Shown here: one piece after another, positions 1-9,102 of the stretch | Layout of the letters: every line of letters starts with the position of its first letter | Numbering within the stretch: position 1 is the first letter of the stretch | NCBI GenBank assembly: GCA_016188545.1 | Contig: JACPHO010000001.1 | Coordinates: forward strand, 419,324-483,323 | DNA from: Candidatus Shapirobacteria bacterium | GTDB taxonomy: Bacteria; Patescibacteriota; Microgenomatia; UBA12405 | Direction: 5' to 3' | DNA length: 64,000 nt | Position numbers and translations under genes: made by a program | The notes under the pieces: generated by a model | Database searches by the model: none | Told to the model about the DNA's origin: nothing | What the model saw: the letters and a program-made list of their open reading frames with translations, nothing else

Positions 1-2
1 GA

Positions 3-743
3 GATACGACATTGGCTAACAGCGTTACCACCCCAGAAAAACTACTTGTAGAAATTAGTCGAAATCTTGAAGCTGAAATCACCAAGATTTTTTCGATCAA
101 CGCCAACTTTGATACTGGACTTGCCGACTTTCAAAAAATATCACTTGAGTTATCAGAGATACTACCATTCACAGAATCAGATCGGGTTAAGCTGGTTACT
201 CAGCTAGAAAAAGAAAATAATCCATCTCAATACATGATCGAATTAGTTAAAACAAAATGGCAAGAACGATCAAATTACTTTGGTAAAGACCTAACCAACG
301 CTATCAGTAGTTACGCCATTATCAAGACAATCGATCCTCTCTGGGTAGAACATCTCACCGCACTTGATGACCTTCGTGATGGTGTCCGTCTCCGAGGTTA
401 TGCTCAAAAAGATCCTCTCGTCGAATACCGAAAGGAAGGCTACGAGATGTTTCAAAAACTCATGGGTCAATACCAATACAACTTGTGTCGAACAATTTTC
501 AGGCTAGAACCAGTCGCTGCTCCCACCATTGAACAACCCAAAAATATTATTGAAGGTAGGGGAAGCGATCTGACTGAAGATGATTCGTCATTGCGAGGAC
601 CCTCCGATTCGGAGGAGACGAAGCAATCTCGTTCGGAATCAAATCAGACCATAGTCAAATCAACATCAATCAATCGTAACGATCCTTGTTGGTGTGGCAG
701 TGGTAAAAAGTGGAAAAAATGCCATTATCCCAAAACAAATTGA
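3..743 (+). CDS. secA: Preprotein translocase SecA, C-terminal part (5' truncated by window edge)
   Basis: Motifs IDPLWVEHLTALDDLRDGVRLRGYAQKDPLVEYRKEGYEMF and SEC-C zinc motif RNDPCWCGSGKKWKKCH; frame is open to the window start. Confidence 0.97.
   Translation, partial: DTTLANSVTTPEKLLVEISRNLEAEITKIFSINANFDTGLADFQKISLELSEILPFTESDRVKLVTQLEKENNPSQYMIELVKTKWQERSNYFGKDLTNAISSYAIIKTIDPLWVEHLTALDDLRDGVRLRGYAQKDPLVEYRKEGYEMFQKLMGQYQYNLCRTIFRLEPVAAPTIEQPKNIIEGRGSDLTEDDSSLRGPSDSEETKQSRSESNQTIVKSTSINRNDPCWCGSGKKWKKCHYPKTN
587..630. repeat. RPE/REP-like palindromic element in frame within the secA linker
   Basis: GTCATTGCGAGG...GACGAAGCAATCTC with inner hairpin CCTCCG-ATT-CGGAGG (601-615); GC-rich relative to its context. 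Confidence 0.65.
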
Positions 744-782
744 CACCTTCTCATATCTTCCAATATCTTCTAACATTATCTA

Positions 783-1751
783 ATGTTTTCGTATCACTTT
801 AATAGTACGTTAGATATAAATAAGCATCTTATAGATATAGAGGCCATCAAAATAAGCTTTGAAAATTCCAAAATACTTCCCCAGCTAGAAGAAAAAATTC
901 TCCGTCAGTCAATATTACGCAGTTCAGTCTTTTCCGCCCGGATTGAAGGCAACCCTCTCAGTCTCCAAAATTATGATCGCTATAATGACGAACATATTCA
1001 TAAAATTGAAATAAATAATCTGTTAAAAACCTACCAAAAGCTAAATAATTCAGATACCGTTCCCATTTTAACAATTAAAAAAATAAAATCCCTACATGAA
1101 GAAGTTATGAACAATCTCTCACCAATGACCGGTAAGTTTCGTCAAGAACCCTGGGCTATTTTTGATCAAAGCGGTAACGTCATTCATCTGGCACCTACAT
1201 TTTTAAAACTACCTGAACTAATGGAGGAATATCTAACATATATCGACAGCATTCAAGATCATCCGGTTATCAAATCAGCTATCGCCCAATTTGTCTTTGA
1301 AAAAATTCATCCTTTTGCAGATGGTAATGGACGCACCGGTCGGCTTATCTCCATGTTAATTTTAAAGCAAGCCAATTATCACTTTCGTGGTATGCTTCCG
1401 TTTGAAGAATATACTGATACTCATCGCCAGGCTTATTACTATGCTCTCGAGCCAAGTACAGATATTACCGAATTTATAGAATATTTTTTAAAGTCATTAG
1501 TTGTTACTGGTAAACAGCTGTTGACAAAAATCAAAAACACTCTTGACTCATTGCCACAACTAAGTCCTCGACGTCAAGAAATATTATCTATTATCACCGA
1601 TCATCCCAATTGCTCTTTTAATTTTCTCCAACGACGATTTTCACAGGTTAATTCAAAAACTCTTCATTATGATCTCTTGCAGCTGATGAAAAAAGGTCTT
1701 GTCATCAAACTTGGAACTACCCGTGCTGTGGTGTATACTATTTCAAAATAA
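783..1751 (+). CDS. Fic-domain protein (class II, N-terminal inhibitory motif) with C-terminal winged HTH
   Basis: Fic motif HPFADGNGRTGR; inhibitory (S/T)xxxE(G/N) motif SARIEG; C-terminal DeoR-like region RRQEIL...KTLHYDLLQLMKKGLV. Confidence 0.92.
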   Translation: MFSYHFNSTLDINKHLIDIEAIKISFENSKILPQLEEKILRQSILRSSVFSARIEGNPLSLQNYDRYNDEHIHKIEINNLLKTYQKLNNSDTVPILTIKKIKSLHEEVMNNLSPMTGKFRQEPWAIFDQSGNVIHLAPTFLKLPELMEEYLTYIDSIQDHPVIKSAIAQFVFEKIHPFADGNGRTGRLISMLILKQANYHFRGMLPFEEYTDTHRQAYYYALEPSTDITEFIEYFLKSLVVTGKQLLTKIKNTLDSLPQLSPRRQEILSIITDHPNCSFNFLQRRFSQVNSKTLHYDLLQLMKKGLVIKLGTTRAVVYTISK

Positions 1752-1760
1752 GACTAAGTA

Positions 1761-1789
1761 TTGACATATTCATTACACATACCTATAAT
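1761..1789 (+). promoter_or_regulatory. Consensus sigma70 promoter
   Basis: TTGACA (1761-1766), 17-nt spacer, TATAAT (1784-1789), upstream of ATG 1804. Confidence 0.85.
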
Positions 1790-1803
1790 ACACCATTCAC
1801 ATT

Positions 1804-2118
1804 ATGGCTGCTAAAGACAAAAAAATAAAATTTCCAAACCTTTCTGAGAACGCTAGGACACTTTATAACAAAGTAATGGTGGGTATTCCTTCTTCAACTG
1901 AAGGTGAAAGTGACCCAATCACTCCAAGAGAACATGTTCCTGCTTATAACCTATCAGGTGAAGCTAAAAAGAAGTTGATGTTAGAAGTCATCCCCGATAC
2001 ATTAGCAATAAAATTAGGTATTTCCAGAGAAGAAGCACTACAAATACTCAACGGCAAAGATGTGAAACTACCTGATAATATACTCAAGAAGGACGCACTC
2101 CCACTGGGTAGAGAATAG
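1804..2118 (+). CDS. Hypothetical protein, 104 aa
   Basis: ATG-started ORF filling the gap behind a perfect promoter; no family recognised. Confidence 0.7.
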   Translation: MAAKDKKIKFPNLSENARTLYNKVMVGIPSSTEGESDPITPREHVPAYNLSGEAKKKLMLEVIPDTLAIKLGISREEALQILNGKDVKLPDNILKKDALPLGRE

Positions 2119-2170
2119 CAGAATTCTCTCGAACCTTTACGACTACAACAAGGATTGTGTACAATAGACC

Positions 2171-3184
2171 GTGATCGATAAGAAAATAACTAGCAAGATT
2201 TTGAAAGAAATCAAACTCTCCGAAAATATTCTGCTCCATCTTCATCCTAGCCCAGACCCTGATAGTATCGGAAGTGCACTGGCACTACAGGAATTTTTGC
2301 TATCACTCGATAAAAAAGTTACCATAATTGCAGGTGATTCAAAAGACAAGAACCATCTAGAGATATTTCCAAATGTCAAGTCAATTAAGGCAAAAAACAT
2401 ATTTGAAACTGACTTGTCGAAACTCGATCTGTTTATTATCCTCGATTCATCTGAACCCAGTCAAATATCAAAACTGGGCGATAGTCAAAAATATATTGCG
2501 AATATAAAAAAAATCGTCATCGATCATCACCCCACAAATAAAAACTTTGGTGATTTAAATTTAGTATTGCCCAAACACACCTCAACGGCCGAAATACTCT
2601 TTGATTTATTTAATCTATGGAAAGTAAAAATAACCACAAATATGGCAATCTGTCTATTTTTGGGAATATATTCAGACACCGGAGGATTTTCAAATCTCAA
2701 CACAACCCCACAATCAATATATAAATGTTCAATACTCGCAAAAAATATAAATAATCTTCCTAGAGTAATGTTTGAGTTTCGCAATAATTCTAGTGCCCAG
2801 GAATTAAAATTTATCAAGTTAGGGCTAGTAAATAATAATATACTTTTTAACAACAAAGTCGCTATTTCAGCCATCACCTTAAAAGATCTTAAAAAAAATA
2901 ACCTAGATGTTGAGTCAATTAACAAAGTTCAATTGTCGGAAACTCTACGTAAATGTAAGGACTGGCAAATTACCATAGCTATGGTAGAAACAAAATCAAA
3001 TTACAACACCCTCTCAATGAGATCTAGAAATGAAAAATATGATCTTACAAAAATTGCCAAAAGATTCTCAGGTGGTGGTCATAAGGTAGCCGCAGGAGCA
3101 TTAATAGAGGCTAGTCCAAAGGAAGCTCTAAAACAGTTAATAGCCGCCATTCATAAATGTTTTCCAGAACTTGGAGAACCATAA
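2171..3184 (+). CDS. DHH/DHHA1 phosphoesterase (NrnA-like nanoRNase/pAp phosphatase)
   Basis: HPSPDPDSIGS, IDHH, DTGGF, SMRS and GGGH motifs. Confidence 0.92.
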   Translation: MIDKKITSKILKEIKLSENILLHLHPSPDPDSIGSALALQEFLLSLDKKVTIIAGDSKDKNHLEIFPNVKSIKAKNIFETDLSKLDLFIILDSSEPSQISKLGDSQKYIANIKKIVIDHHPTNKNFGDLNLVLPKHTSTAEILFDLFNLWKVKITTNMAICLFLGIYSDTGGFSNLNTTPQSIYKCSILAKNINNLPRVMFEFRNNSSAQELKFIKLGLVNNNILFNNKVAISAITLKDLKKNNLDVESINKVQLSETLRKCKDWQITIAMVETKSNYNTLSMRSRNEKYDLTKIAKRFSGGGHKVAAGALIEASPKEALKQLIAAIHKCFPELGEP

Positions 3185-3201
3185 TCTGCTAACATTAGTT
3201 A

Positions 3202-3603
3202 ATGTCTGACTGTGTCTTTTGTAAAATTGCCGCCAAGGAGCTTCCTTCATATCAAGTCTATGAAGACGACGATTTCATGGCTTTTTTAGATATCCACCCA
3301 ATTGCCAATGGTCATGTCCAAATCATCCCCAAAAAACATTTTCGTTGGACATATGATGTCCCTCAGTTTGGGCGTTATTTTGAAGTCGCTCGTATTGTAG
3401 CTTTAGCCACCAAACGGGCTGTTAACTCCGATTATATATCTTTTGTTACTTTTGGAATTGAAGTTGAGCACGCTCATATCTGGATAGTTCCACGATTTAA
3501 GGGAGATATTCACGAGGGATCTGGGATAAATACTACCAACCGCATAGAATTTACCAAAGATGAGTACATAGCAATTCAGGATAAAGTAGTTCACAATATT
3601 TAA
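3202..3603 (+). CDS. HIT family nucleotide hydrolase
   Basis: DCVFCKI, AFLDIHP..GHVQIIPKKH; variant triad HAHIW. Confidence 0.92.
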   Translation: MSDCVFCKIAAKELPSYQVYEDDDFMAFLDIHPIANGHVQIIPKKHFRWTYDVPQFGRYFEVARIVALATKRAVNSDYISFVTFGIEVEHAHIWIVPRFKGDIHEGSGINTTNRIEFTKDEYIAIQDKVVHNI

Positions 3604-3604
3604 T

Positions 3605-3880
3605 ATGATCACCGAAAGCCAAATCCTCGCCGAACTCCAGAAAATTAACCAGCAGTTGAGTCGTCAAAACTCTTCCGTTCTCAAAAGTTTTTCATTCGGT
3701 TTTTTCCACTCTTTGGGGTATTTTTTTGGAACAGCAGTCATCTTCTTTGTCTTTATCTACCTAGCATCCCAGTTTGATTGGACCCGAGCCCTAAGCAAAT
3801 CACTCGAATCAATGATGTCTCAAGTCAACTGGAACAAGGTTATTCCCACGCCCACAATCGAAATCCCCACCGGTTATTAG
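3605..3880 (+). CDS. Small membrane hypothetical protein
   Basis: One hydrophobic segment GFFHSLGYFFGTAVIFFVFIYLA; starts 1 nt after the HIT stop. Confidence 0.7.
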   Translation: MITESQILAELQKINQQLSRQNSSVLKSFSFGFFHSLGYFFGTAVIFFVFIYLASQFDWTRALSKSLESMMSQVNWNKVIPTPTIEIPTGY

Positions 3881-3922
3881 TTTTATTCTAGTTACAAGTT
3901 ACTTATTTCTTGTTTCTATTTC

Positions 3923-5764
3923 TCACTTTCCTTTTCTTTCAGCTCGAACCCGGTCAACCTTAGTCAAATACTTTTTTCTCAATCTAATAGTTTTTGGAGT
4001 CACATCTATAAGCTCATCGCTTTCAATAAAATCAAGTGACTCTTCAATGCTATATTTGACCGCTGGAGCTAAAGTCAGCGCGTCGTCGTTTCCTGATGAA
4101 CGCATATTGGTCAATTGTTTACCCTTGCACACATTGATTTCCAAATCTCCCTCAACCGGTCGGTAGCCTACAACCTGTCCCTCATAAACCCCTTCAGTGG
4201 GGGACACAAAAGTAATTCCCCGTTTTTGTGCTAGATCAAGTCCAAAGCCAAGTGCTTTTCCGGACTCTGAAGCGATCATAACACCATTTCGTTCACGGAT
4301 AGTATCAACAGTCTTAGGTTCATATCCCATCGACAAATAGCTTAACGATACTGATCCCTTAGTTTCAGATACTAGTATACTTCGCAATCCTAGTGCATTC
4401 TTTTCACTAATCTTGTACATCATCTTAACTCCAGCTTTATCATCTGTACTCATATCAAGCATCTGGGCCCTTCTTTTTCCAAGTTCAGAAGTGATAGCGC
4501 CTACATATTCCTCAGGAGTTAATATTGTAAGTTCGGAGTAAGGTTCACACACCTTACTATCAATAGTTTTCAAAATAACCTCAGGTTTTCCCACTTCCAT
4601 GGCATACCCCTCACGTCGTAATTTTTCGATAAGGATTGCTAAATGGAGCTCTCCTCGTCCAGATACTAAAACTCGAATACTATCAGTCGGATCATCTTCT
4701 AATTTTAGTCCTAAGTTTGTTTCCACTTCTTCCTTTAGACGTTCTTTAAGTTCCCGACTAGTCAAAAATCTAGATTCATCACGAGCAAAAGGGGATGTGT
4801 TTGGACCAAAACTAGCTTTGAGTGTTGGCTCAGCTACTTGAATAGTAGGCATAGCTACTTGGAAGTTTGGGTCAGTTAATGTTTGTCCGATTTCAATCTG
4901 ATATATACCAGCAAGATAGGCTATTTCTCCACTTTCGATTTCTTCAGTTTCCACCTTATTCATCCCCTCATTTACATACATCCTTTCAATCTTAAAGTTG
5001 CCCACTGCAACTTGGTTGGGGTTCAGTTGAGTCACATATTGACCTTTCTTCACTTTTCCTTGATGTACTCTACCAACAGCCAGTCTTCCTAAATAGCCAT
5101 TTTTCTCAAACGCCGAAATTAACATTTGAAATGGTTTGTTTTCATCTTGTCGAGAACTGCTTAAGGTTTTTAAAATTGATTCAAATAGGGGAGTGGTATC
5201 AGCCGGTGCCGTCATATCCTCTGGCATCTTGTCCCACGTCTTACCTTCTCTACCGATTGCGTAAATTATTGGGAAATTCAAAAGTTCCGGATCAGAGGCT
5301 AGAGATAAAAACAAATTCTCAGCATCAGCGACGACTCTCTTAACATCAGCGTCTTTACGATCAATTTTATTGATAACCAAAATAACTTTAAGTCCGTAGT
5401 CCAGGGCTCTTTTAAGTACAAACTTTGTCTGTGATAGCGGACCCTCAGCCGCATCTACAATCAAAAGTACCCCATCTGCCATATTTAAAACTCTTTCAAC
5501 TTCACCACCAAAATCTGCATGACCGGGAGTATCAATGATATTAATTTTTATATCTTTGTAAAAAACTGAAGTGTTTTTAGATAAAATTGTGATTCCCTTT
5601 TCTCTTTCCAAATCGTTACTGTCCATTATTCGTTCTTCTAGCATCTCCGACTGGTTTTCTCGAAAAGTATGGGTTTGTTTTAACATTGCATCTACCAAGG
5701 TTGTTTTACCATGATCGACATGGGCGATGACCGCCACGTTACGGATATCTTTATAATTGGACAT
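3923..5764 (-). CDS. typA: Translational GTPase TypA/BipA
   Basis: AHVDHGKTT, DTPGHADFGGEVER, NKID, GRGELHL and C-terminal KQLTNMRSSG. Confidence 0.97.
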   Translation of the reverse strand: MSNYKDIRNVAVIAHVDHGKTTLVDAMLKQTHTFRENQSEMLEERIMDSNDLEREKGITILSKNTSVFYKDIKINIIDTPGHADFGGEVERVLNMADGVLLIVDAAEGPLSQTKFVLKRALDYGLKVILVINKIDRKDADVKRVVADAENLFLSLASDPELLNFPIIYAIGREGKTWDKMPEDMTAPADTTPLFESILKTLSSSRQDENKPFQMLISAFEKNGYLGRLAVGRVHQGKVKKGQYVTQLNPNQVAVGNFKIERMYVNEGMNKVETEEIESGEIAYLAGIYQIEIGQTLTDPNFQVAMPTIQVAEPTLKASFGPNTSPFARDESRFLTSRELKERLKEEVETNLGLKLEDDPTDSIRVLVSGRGELHLAILIEKLRREGYAMEVGKPEVILKTIDSKVCEPYSELTILTPEEYVGAITSELGKRRAQMLDMSTDDKAGVKMMYKISEKNALGLRSILVSETKGSVSLSYLSMGYEPKTVDTIRERNGVMIASESGKALGFGLDLAQKRGITFVSPTEGVYEGQVVGYRPVEGDLEINVCKGKQLTNMRSSGNDDALTLAPAVKYSIEESLDFIESDELIDVTPKTIRLRKKYLTKVDRVRAERKGK

Positions 5765-5801
5765 TCCTCCATTTTACCACTAAATAGGATAAAATATAAC
5801 T
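5765..5801. promoter_or_regulatory. Back-to-back leaderless-type -10 elements for typA and the C39 lipoprotein
   Basis: Minus strand TGgTAAAAT (5779-5771), 6 nt before ATG 5764; plus strand TAAAAT (5790-5795), 6 nt before ATG 5802. Confidence 0.6.
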
Positions 5802-6536
5802 ATGAAAAATATAGCTCTATTACTTATCACCACACTGTTTTTATCGAGTTGTACCCAAAAAATTTCACCTCATATTGAAAAAGCTAAAAGCCTTATCGAA
5901 AATGTCACCGAAACTATCGCACCAGTCCCAACAATAATTCTCGAGTCCGGATTACCAAACAAACACCTTATTAAAACGTCATTTATACCTCAAGCTCCCG
6001 AGAAGAATTGGCATCAACCCTGGCAAGACGCTTGCGAAGAGGCATCTCTTTTGACTTTAAAATATTATTACTCAGGCAAAACTCCGGATGTAGCCACTAT
6101 GGTGGCCGATTATCAGCTTTTATTCAGTTTCGAGAGCGACAATAAATTCAAACACGATATCAACATCGACAACATGAGCACCATATCATCCCAATACTTA
6201 GGACTAACCCCAAACATTTTAGAAAACCCTACAATTAAAGATATAAAAAAAGAACTCTCACTTGACCATCCGGTTATTATCACTGCCAATGGTAAAACTC
6301 TATATAAAGAAAACAAAAACTTTCGCTCCGGAGGTCCCTGGTATCACAGCTTAGTTGTTCTCGGTTATGACGATAACAGCCAAAAATTTATAGTTCACGA
6401 TGTCGGTACCCAGCACGGTGCCTATTTTAAATATTCTTATAATTTGCTACTCGACAGCGTTCATGATTTTCCTGTCTCAGGAAAGAAGGAAGAAATTGAC
6501 ACTGGAGCCAAACGAATCCTTGTTTTGTTAAAATAG
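5802..6536 (+). CDS. Lipoprotein with peptidase C39-like domain
   Basis: Lipobox FLSSC; QAP..W..PWQDACEEAS (Cys), YHSLVVLGYD (His), FIVHD (Asp). Confidence 0.8.
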   Translation: MKNIALLLITTLFLSSCTQKISPHIEKAKSLIENVTETIAPVPTIILESGLPNKHLIKTSFIPQAPEKNWHQPWQDACEEASLLTLKYYYSGKTPDVATMVADYQLLFSFESDNKFKHDINIDNMSTISSQYLGLTPNILENPTIKDIKKELSLDHPVIITANGKTLYKENKNFRSGGPWYHSLVVLGYDDNSQKFIVHDVGTQHGAYFKYSYNLLLDSVHDFPVSGKKEEIDTGAKRILVLLK

Positions 6537-6540
6537 ACTA

Positions 6541-7143
6541 ATGAAAAAAATAATTGTTACATCGGTTGCTACTCTTTTATTATCGTCCTGTACTCTTTTT
6601 CCCAAGAATACAGATCAAAATGTAAATTTATCAGTTTCACCTACTCAAAATATGGTTCCTCCTACCTCATCAGGATCACCAAGTCCGACCGTTACTACCC
6701 AAAAAGGCGATACAGTCGTTGCCCTCAAGACCACAGATGGTCAAATAGTTATTAAACTATTTTCCAAGGAAACCCCCGAAACTGTCAAAACATTTATGGG
6801 TAAAGTCAACAGTGGATTTTATAATGGTCTCACTTTTCATCGGGTGATAGAAGGTTTTATGGCTCAAGGCGGAGATCCCACTGGTACCGGTACAGGTGGT
6901 GGTAGTCAAAAGTCAGAAATCAATTCTATACCTTTCGTCCGTGGCTCCCTCGGACTCGCTCGAACCCCAGTCAGCAAAGATATTAGTAACGACTCTCAAT
7001 TCTTCATCTGCTTTACCACTGAAGGTTGTCAGCACTTAACCGGAGACTATGTCAATTTTGGTCAAGTCATTAGTGGCTTAGATATACTCGACAAAATTCA
7101 ACAGGGCGACAAAATATTAGAAATTACTGCCAGTACCAAATGA
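6541..7143 (+). CDS. Cyclophilin-type peptidyl-prolyl isomerase lipoprotein
   Basis: Lipobox LLSSC; FYNGLTFHRVIEGFMAQGGDPTGTGTGG, SQFFIC, YVNFGQV. Confidence 0.93.
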   Translation: MKKIIVTSVATLLLSSCTLFPKNTDQNVNLSVSPTQNMVPPTSSGSPSPTVTTQKGDTVVALKTTDGQIVIKLFSKETPETVKTFMGKVNSGFYNGLTFHRVIEGFMAQGGDPTGTGTGGGSQKSEINSIPFVRGSLGLARTPVSKDISNDSQFFICFTTEGCQHLTGDYVNFGQVISGLDILDKIQQGDKILEITASTK

Positions 7144-7517
7144 AAAAAATATTAATTGCCATTGTAGTCATCCTCGTAATAGTCTTCACATTCAAAACCC
7201 TCTCAACTCCACCAAAAACAAAAGGCGTTTCTCAGGAAGAGGCTGAACTCATCCTATTTTGGGGAGATGGCTGTCCCCATTGTAAAATTGTCGATGAGTA
7301 TATAACTAGTAATAAAACAGATGAAAAAGTTAAGATTTCCTACAAGGAAGTCTATTACAACAAGACTAATCAAAACCTGCTCCAAGAAACTGTCAAAAAA
7401 TGTCCTTCCATCGACTCAACCCAGGGAATTGGGGTTCCCCTTGCTTTCGTCAAATCCGATAACACTTGTCTCTATGGAGACACACCTATCATCGATTGGC
7501 TCAAAACCCATCTCTAA
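7140..7517 (+). CDS. Membrane-anchored glutaredoxin/thioredoxin-like protein
   Basis: N-terminal TM; CPHC active site; cis-Pro motif GVP. Confidence 0.8.
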   Translation: MKKILIAIVVILVIVFTFKTLSTPPKTKGVSQEEAELILFWGDGCPHCKIVDEYITSNKTDEKVKISYKEVYYNKTNQNLLQETVKKCPSIDSTQGIGVPLAFVKSDNTCLYGDTPIIDWLKTHL

Positions 7518-7663
7518 CCTTCTTTCGTTACGAAAGATTAATATTCCCAAGTGAAAAATATGAATTACGACGAAGTTGTAGTTGGACTACAATAAGGAGT
7601 AATGAATATTTTGCAACAGGAATAGTAATCTTGCAGTAGAATGCAGGTTTAGATATGGGTTTT
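7503..7663. repeat. 161-nt imperfect long inverted repeat (MITE-like element or structured RNA)
   Basis: Ends AAAACCCATCTCTAACCT / AGGTTTAGATATGGGTTTT; inner pairings AAGATTA-TAATCTT, TATTCC-GGAATA, AAAATAT-ATATTTT; apex TTGTAGT-TGG-ACTACAA. Confidence 0.75.
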
Positions 7664-7687
7664 AAAACTAAAATGCTAAAATAAATC

Positions 7688-8032
7688 GTGACAAAACGTT
7701 CAAAAGGCCAGGAGTTTCACTTTAGTCCTGCGGTACTCCTACGCTTTATAATTTTTGTAATTGTGGTCTATCTTTCAATTAGTTATTTTAGTGCTTCCGA
7801 AGTAACAGTTAATTTACCACTTCCAAACCTTGTTCAATACTTACCTCCCCGTTCACAGCAAGTGTTGGGAGAAACTTCAGAGTATATCAACTCATCTCAA
7901 CTTTCAGACAAATTTACTGAGTTTTCATCCTATGTTCAAGAGTTTCCCCAAAAACATCTAAAACAACTAAAAATTGATATTATCAACCGATTGGCAAAAG
8001 AATTAATAAATCGCATCGACAGTCAGAAATGA
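7688..8032 (+). CDS. Hypothetical membrane-anchored protein
   Basis: GTG start, single TM ([18 protein letters not shown]); overlaps prfB start by 4 nt. Confidence 0.7.
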   Translation: MTKRSKGQEFHFSPAVLLRFIIFVIVVYLSISYFSASEVTVNLPLPNLVQYLPPRSQQVLGETSEYINSSQLSDKFTEFSSYVQEFPQKHLKQLKIDIINRLAKELINRIDSQK

Positions 8033-9102
8033 TCGAACTAAACAAATTAAAACTAAACCTGGAAAGTATTAAGTTAAAACTTAATTATGCACAGTTAGTC
8101 AGTGAGGCTGAAGAACTTAGAGGCAAGTCTGAAAACCCTGATATTTGGAATGACCCAGCAAAGGCCAGCGAGACAATGCAAAGCCTTAGTTCGAGGGACA
8201 AAACTATTCAAAATATTAAAGACGTAGAAAACAAACTAATTGAAGTTACTGAACTTGTTGATGTGTTTGGCCAGTCAAAGGATGAAAACTTTCAAATAGA
8301 GATAGAAAAATCTCATTCTGACATTCAAAAGCGGATTGAAGAACTAGAGCTAGAGACTTACCTCTGTGGTAAGTACGATAAGAACCAGGCTTTTCTCTCA
8401 GTTCACGCCGGGCAAGGCGGCACTGAGGCCATGGATTGGGCGTCCATGCTTCAAAGAATGTATATGCGTTATTTCGAGCGCAAAGAGTGGAAATACGAAA
8501 TGCTTGATATGAATCCGGGAGATGAAGCAGGGATAAAATCAGCCTATTTTAAAATCACTGTCCCAAATTCCTATGGTTATCTTCGAAACGAAAACGGAGC
8601 TCATCGCTTAGTCAGACTTTCCCCATTCAATGCCGATCAGTTGCGTCAAACATCTTTTGCAAAGGTTGAAGTTACCCCAGTAATCAACAATGCGACCGAA
8701 ATTGATATTCGACCCGAAGACATCGAATTTTCAGCCTTTAGAGCCGGCGGACATGGCGGACAGAATGTCAACAAAGTAAGCACTGCAGTTCGACTTACTC
8801 ACACCCCATCTGGACTAACTGTTTCTTGCCAATCACAGCGTTCACAAGATCAAAATAGGCTAGTAGCTATGGAGATGTTATCTTCTAAGCTCTGGGCAAT
8901 GGAACAAGAAAAACAGTCAAAAGAAAATCAATCAATAAAAGGAGACAATATTATCGCCGGGTGGGGACACCAAATCAGGTCTTATGTTCTTCATCCATAC
9001 AAGATGGTCAAAGACCTAAGAACAAAGCACGAAACCTCCGACACAGTTGGTGTTTTAGACGGAGATCTTGATGAATTTATCAAATCCGAGCTAAAATTGT
9101 AA
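8029..9102 (+). CDS. prfB: Peptide chain release factor 2 (no programmed frameshift)
   Basis: SPF anticodon motif RLSPF, GGQ motif [22 protein letters not shown]. Confidence 0.97.
   Translation: MIELNKLKLNLESIKLKLNYAQLVSEAEELRGKSENPDIWNDPAKASETMQSLSSRDKTIQNIKDVENKLIEVTELVDVFGQSKDENFQIEIEKSHSDIQKRIEELELETYLCGKYDKNQAFLSVHAGQGGTEAMDWASMLQRMYMRYFERKEWKYEMLDMNPGDEAGIKSAYFKITVPNSYGYLRNENGAHRLVRLSPFNADQLRQTSFAKVEVTPVINNATEIDIRPEDIEFSAFRAGGHGGQNVNKVSTAVRLTHTPSGLTVSCQSQRSQDQNRLVAMEMLSSKLWAMEQEKQSKENQSIKGDNIIAGWGHQIRSYVLHPYKMVKDLRTKHETSDTVGVLDGDLDEFIKSELKL

Noticed and set aside
5765-5770. GGAGGA immediately before the typA ATG as a Shine-Dalgarno site
   Set aside because: Zero spacing to the ATG; it sits in the gap after an extended -10 and better fits a leaderless start.
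7321-7554. 77-aa ORF running into the long hairpin
   Set aside because: Off-frame overlap with the thioredoxin-like gene; no motif.
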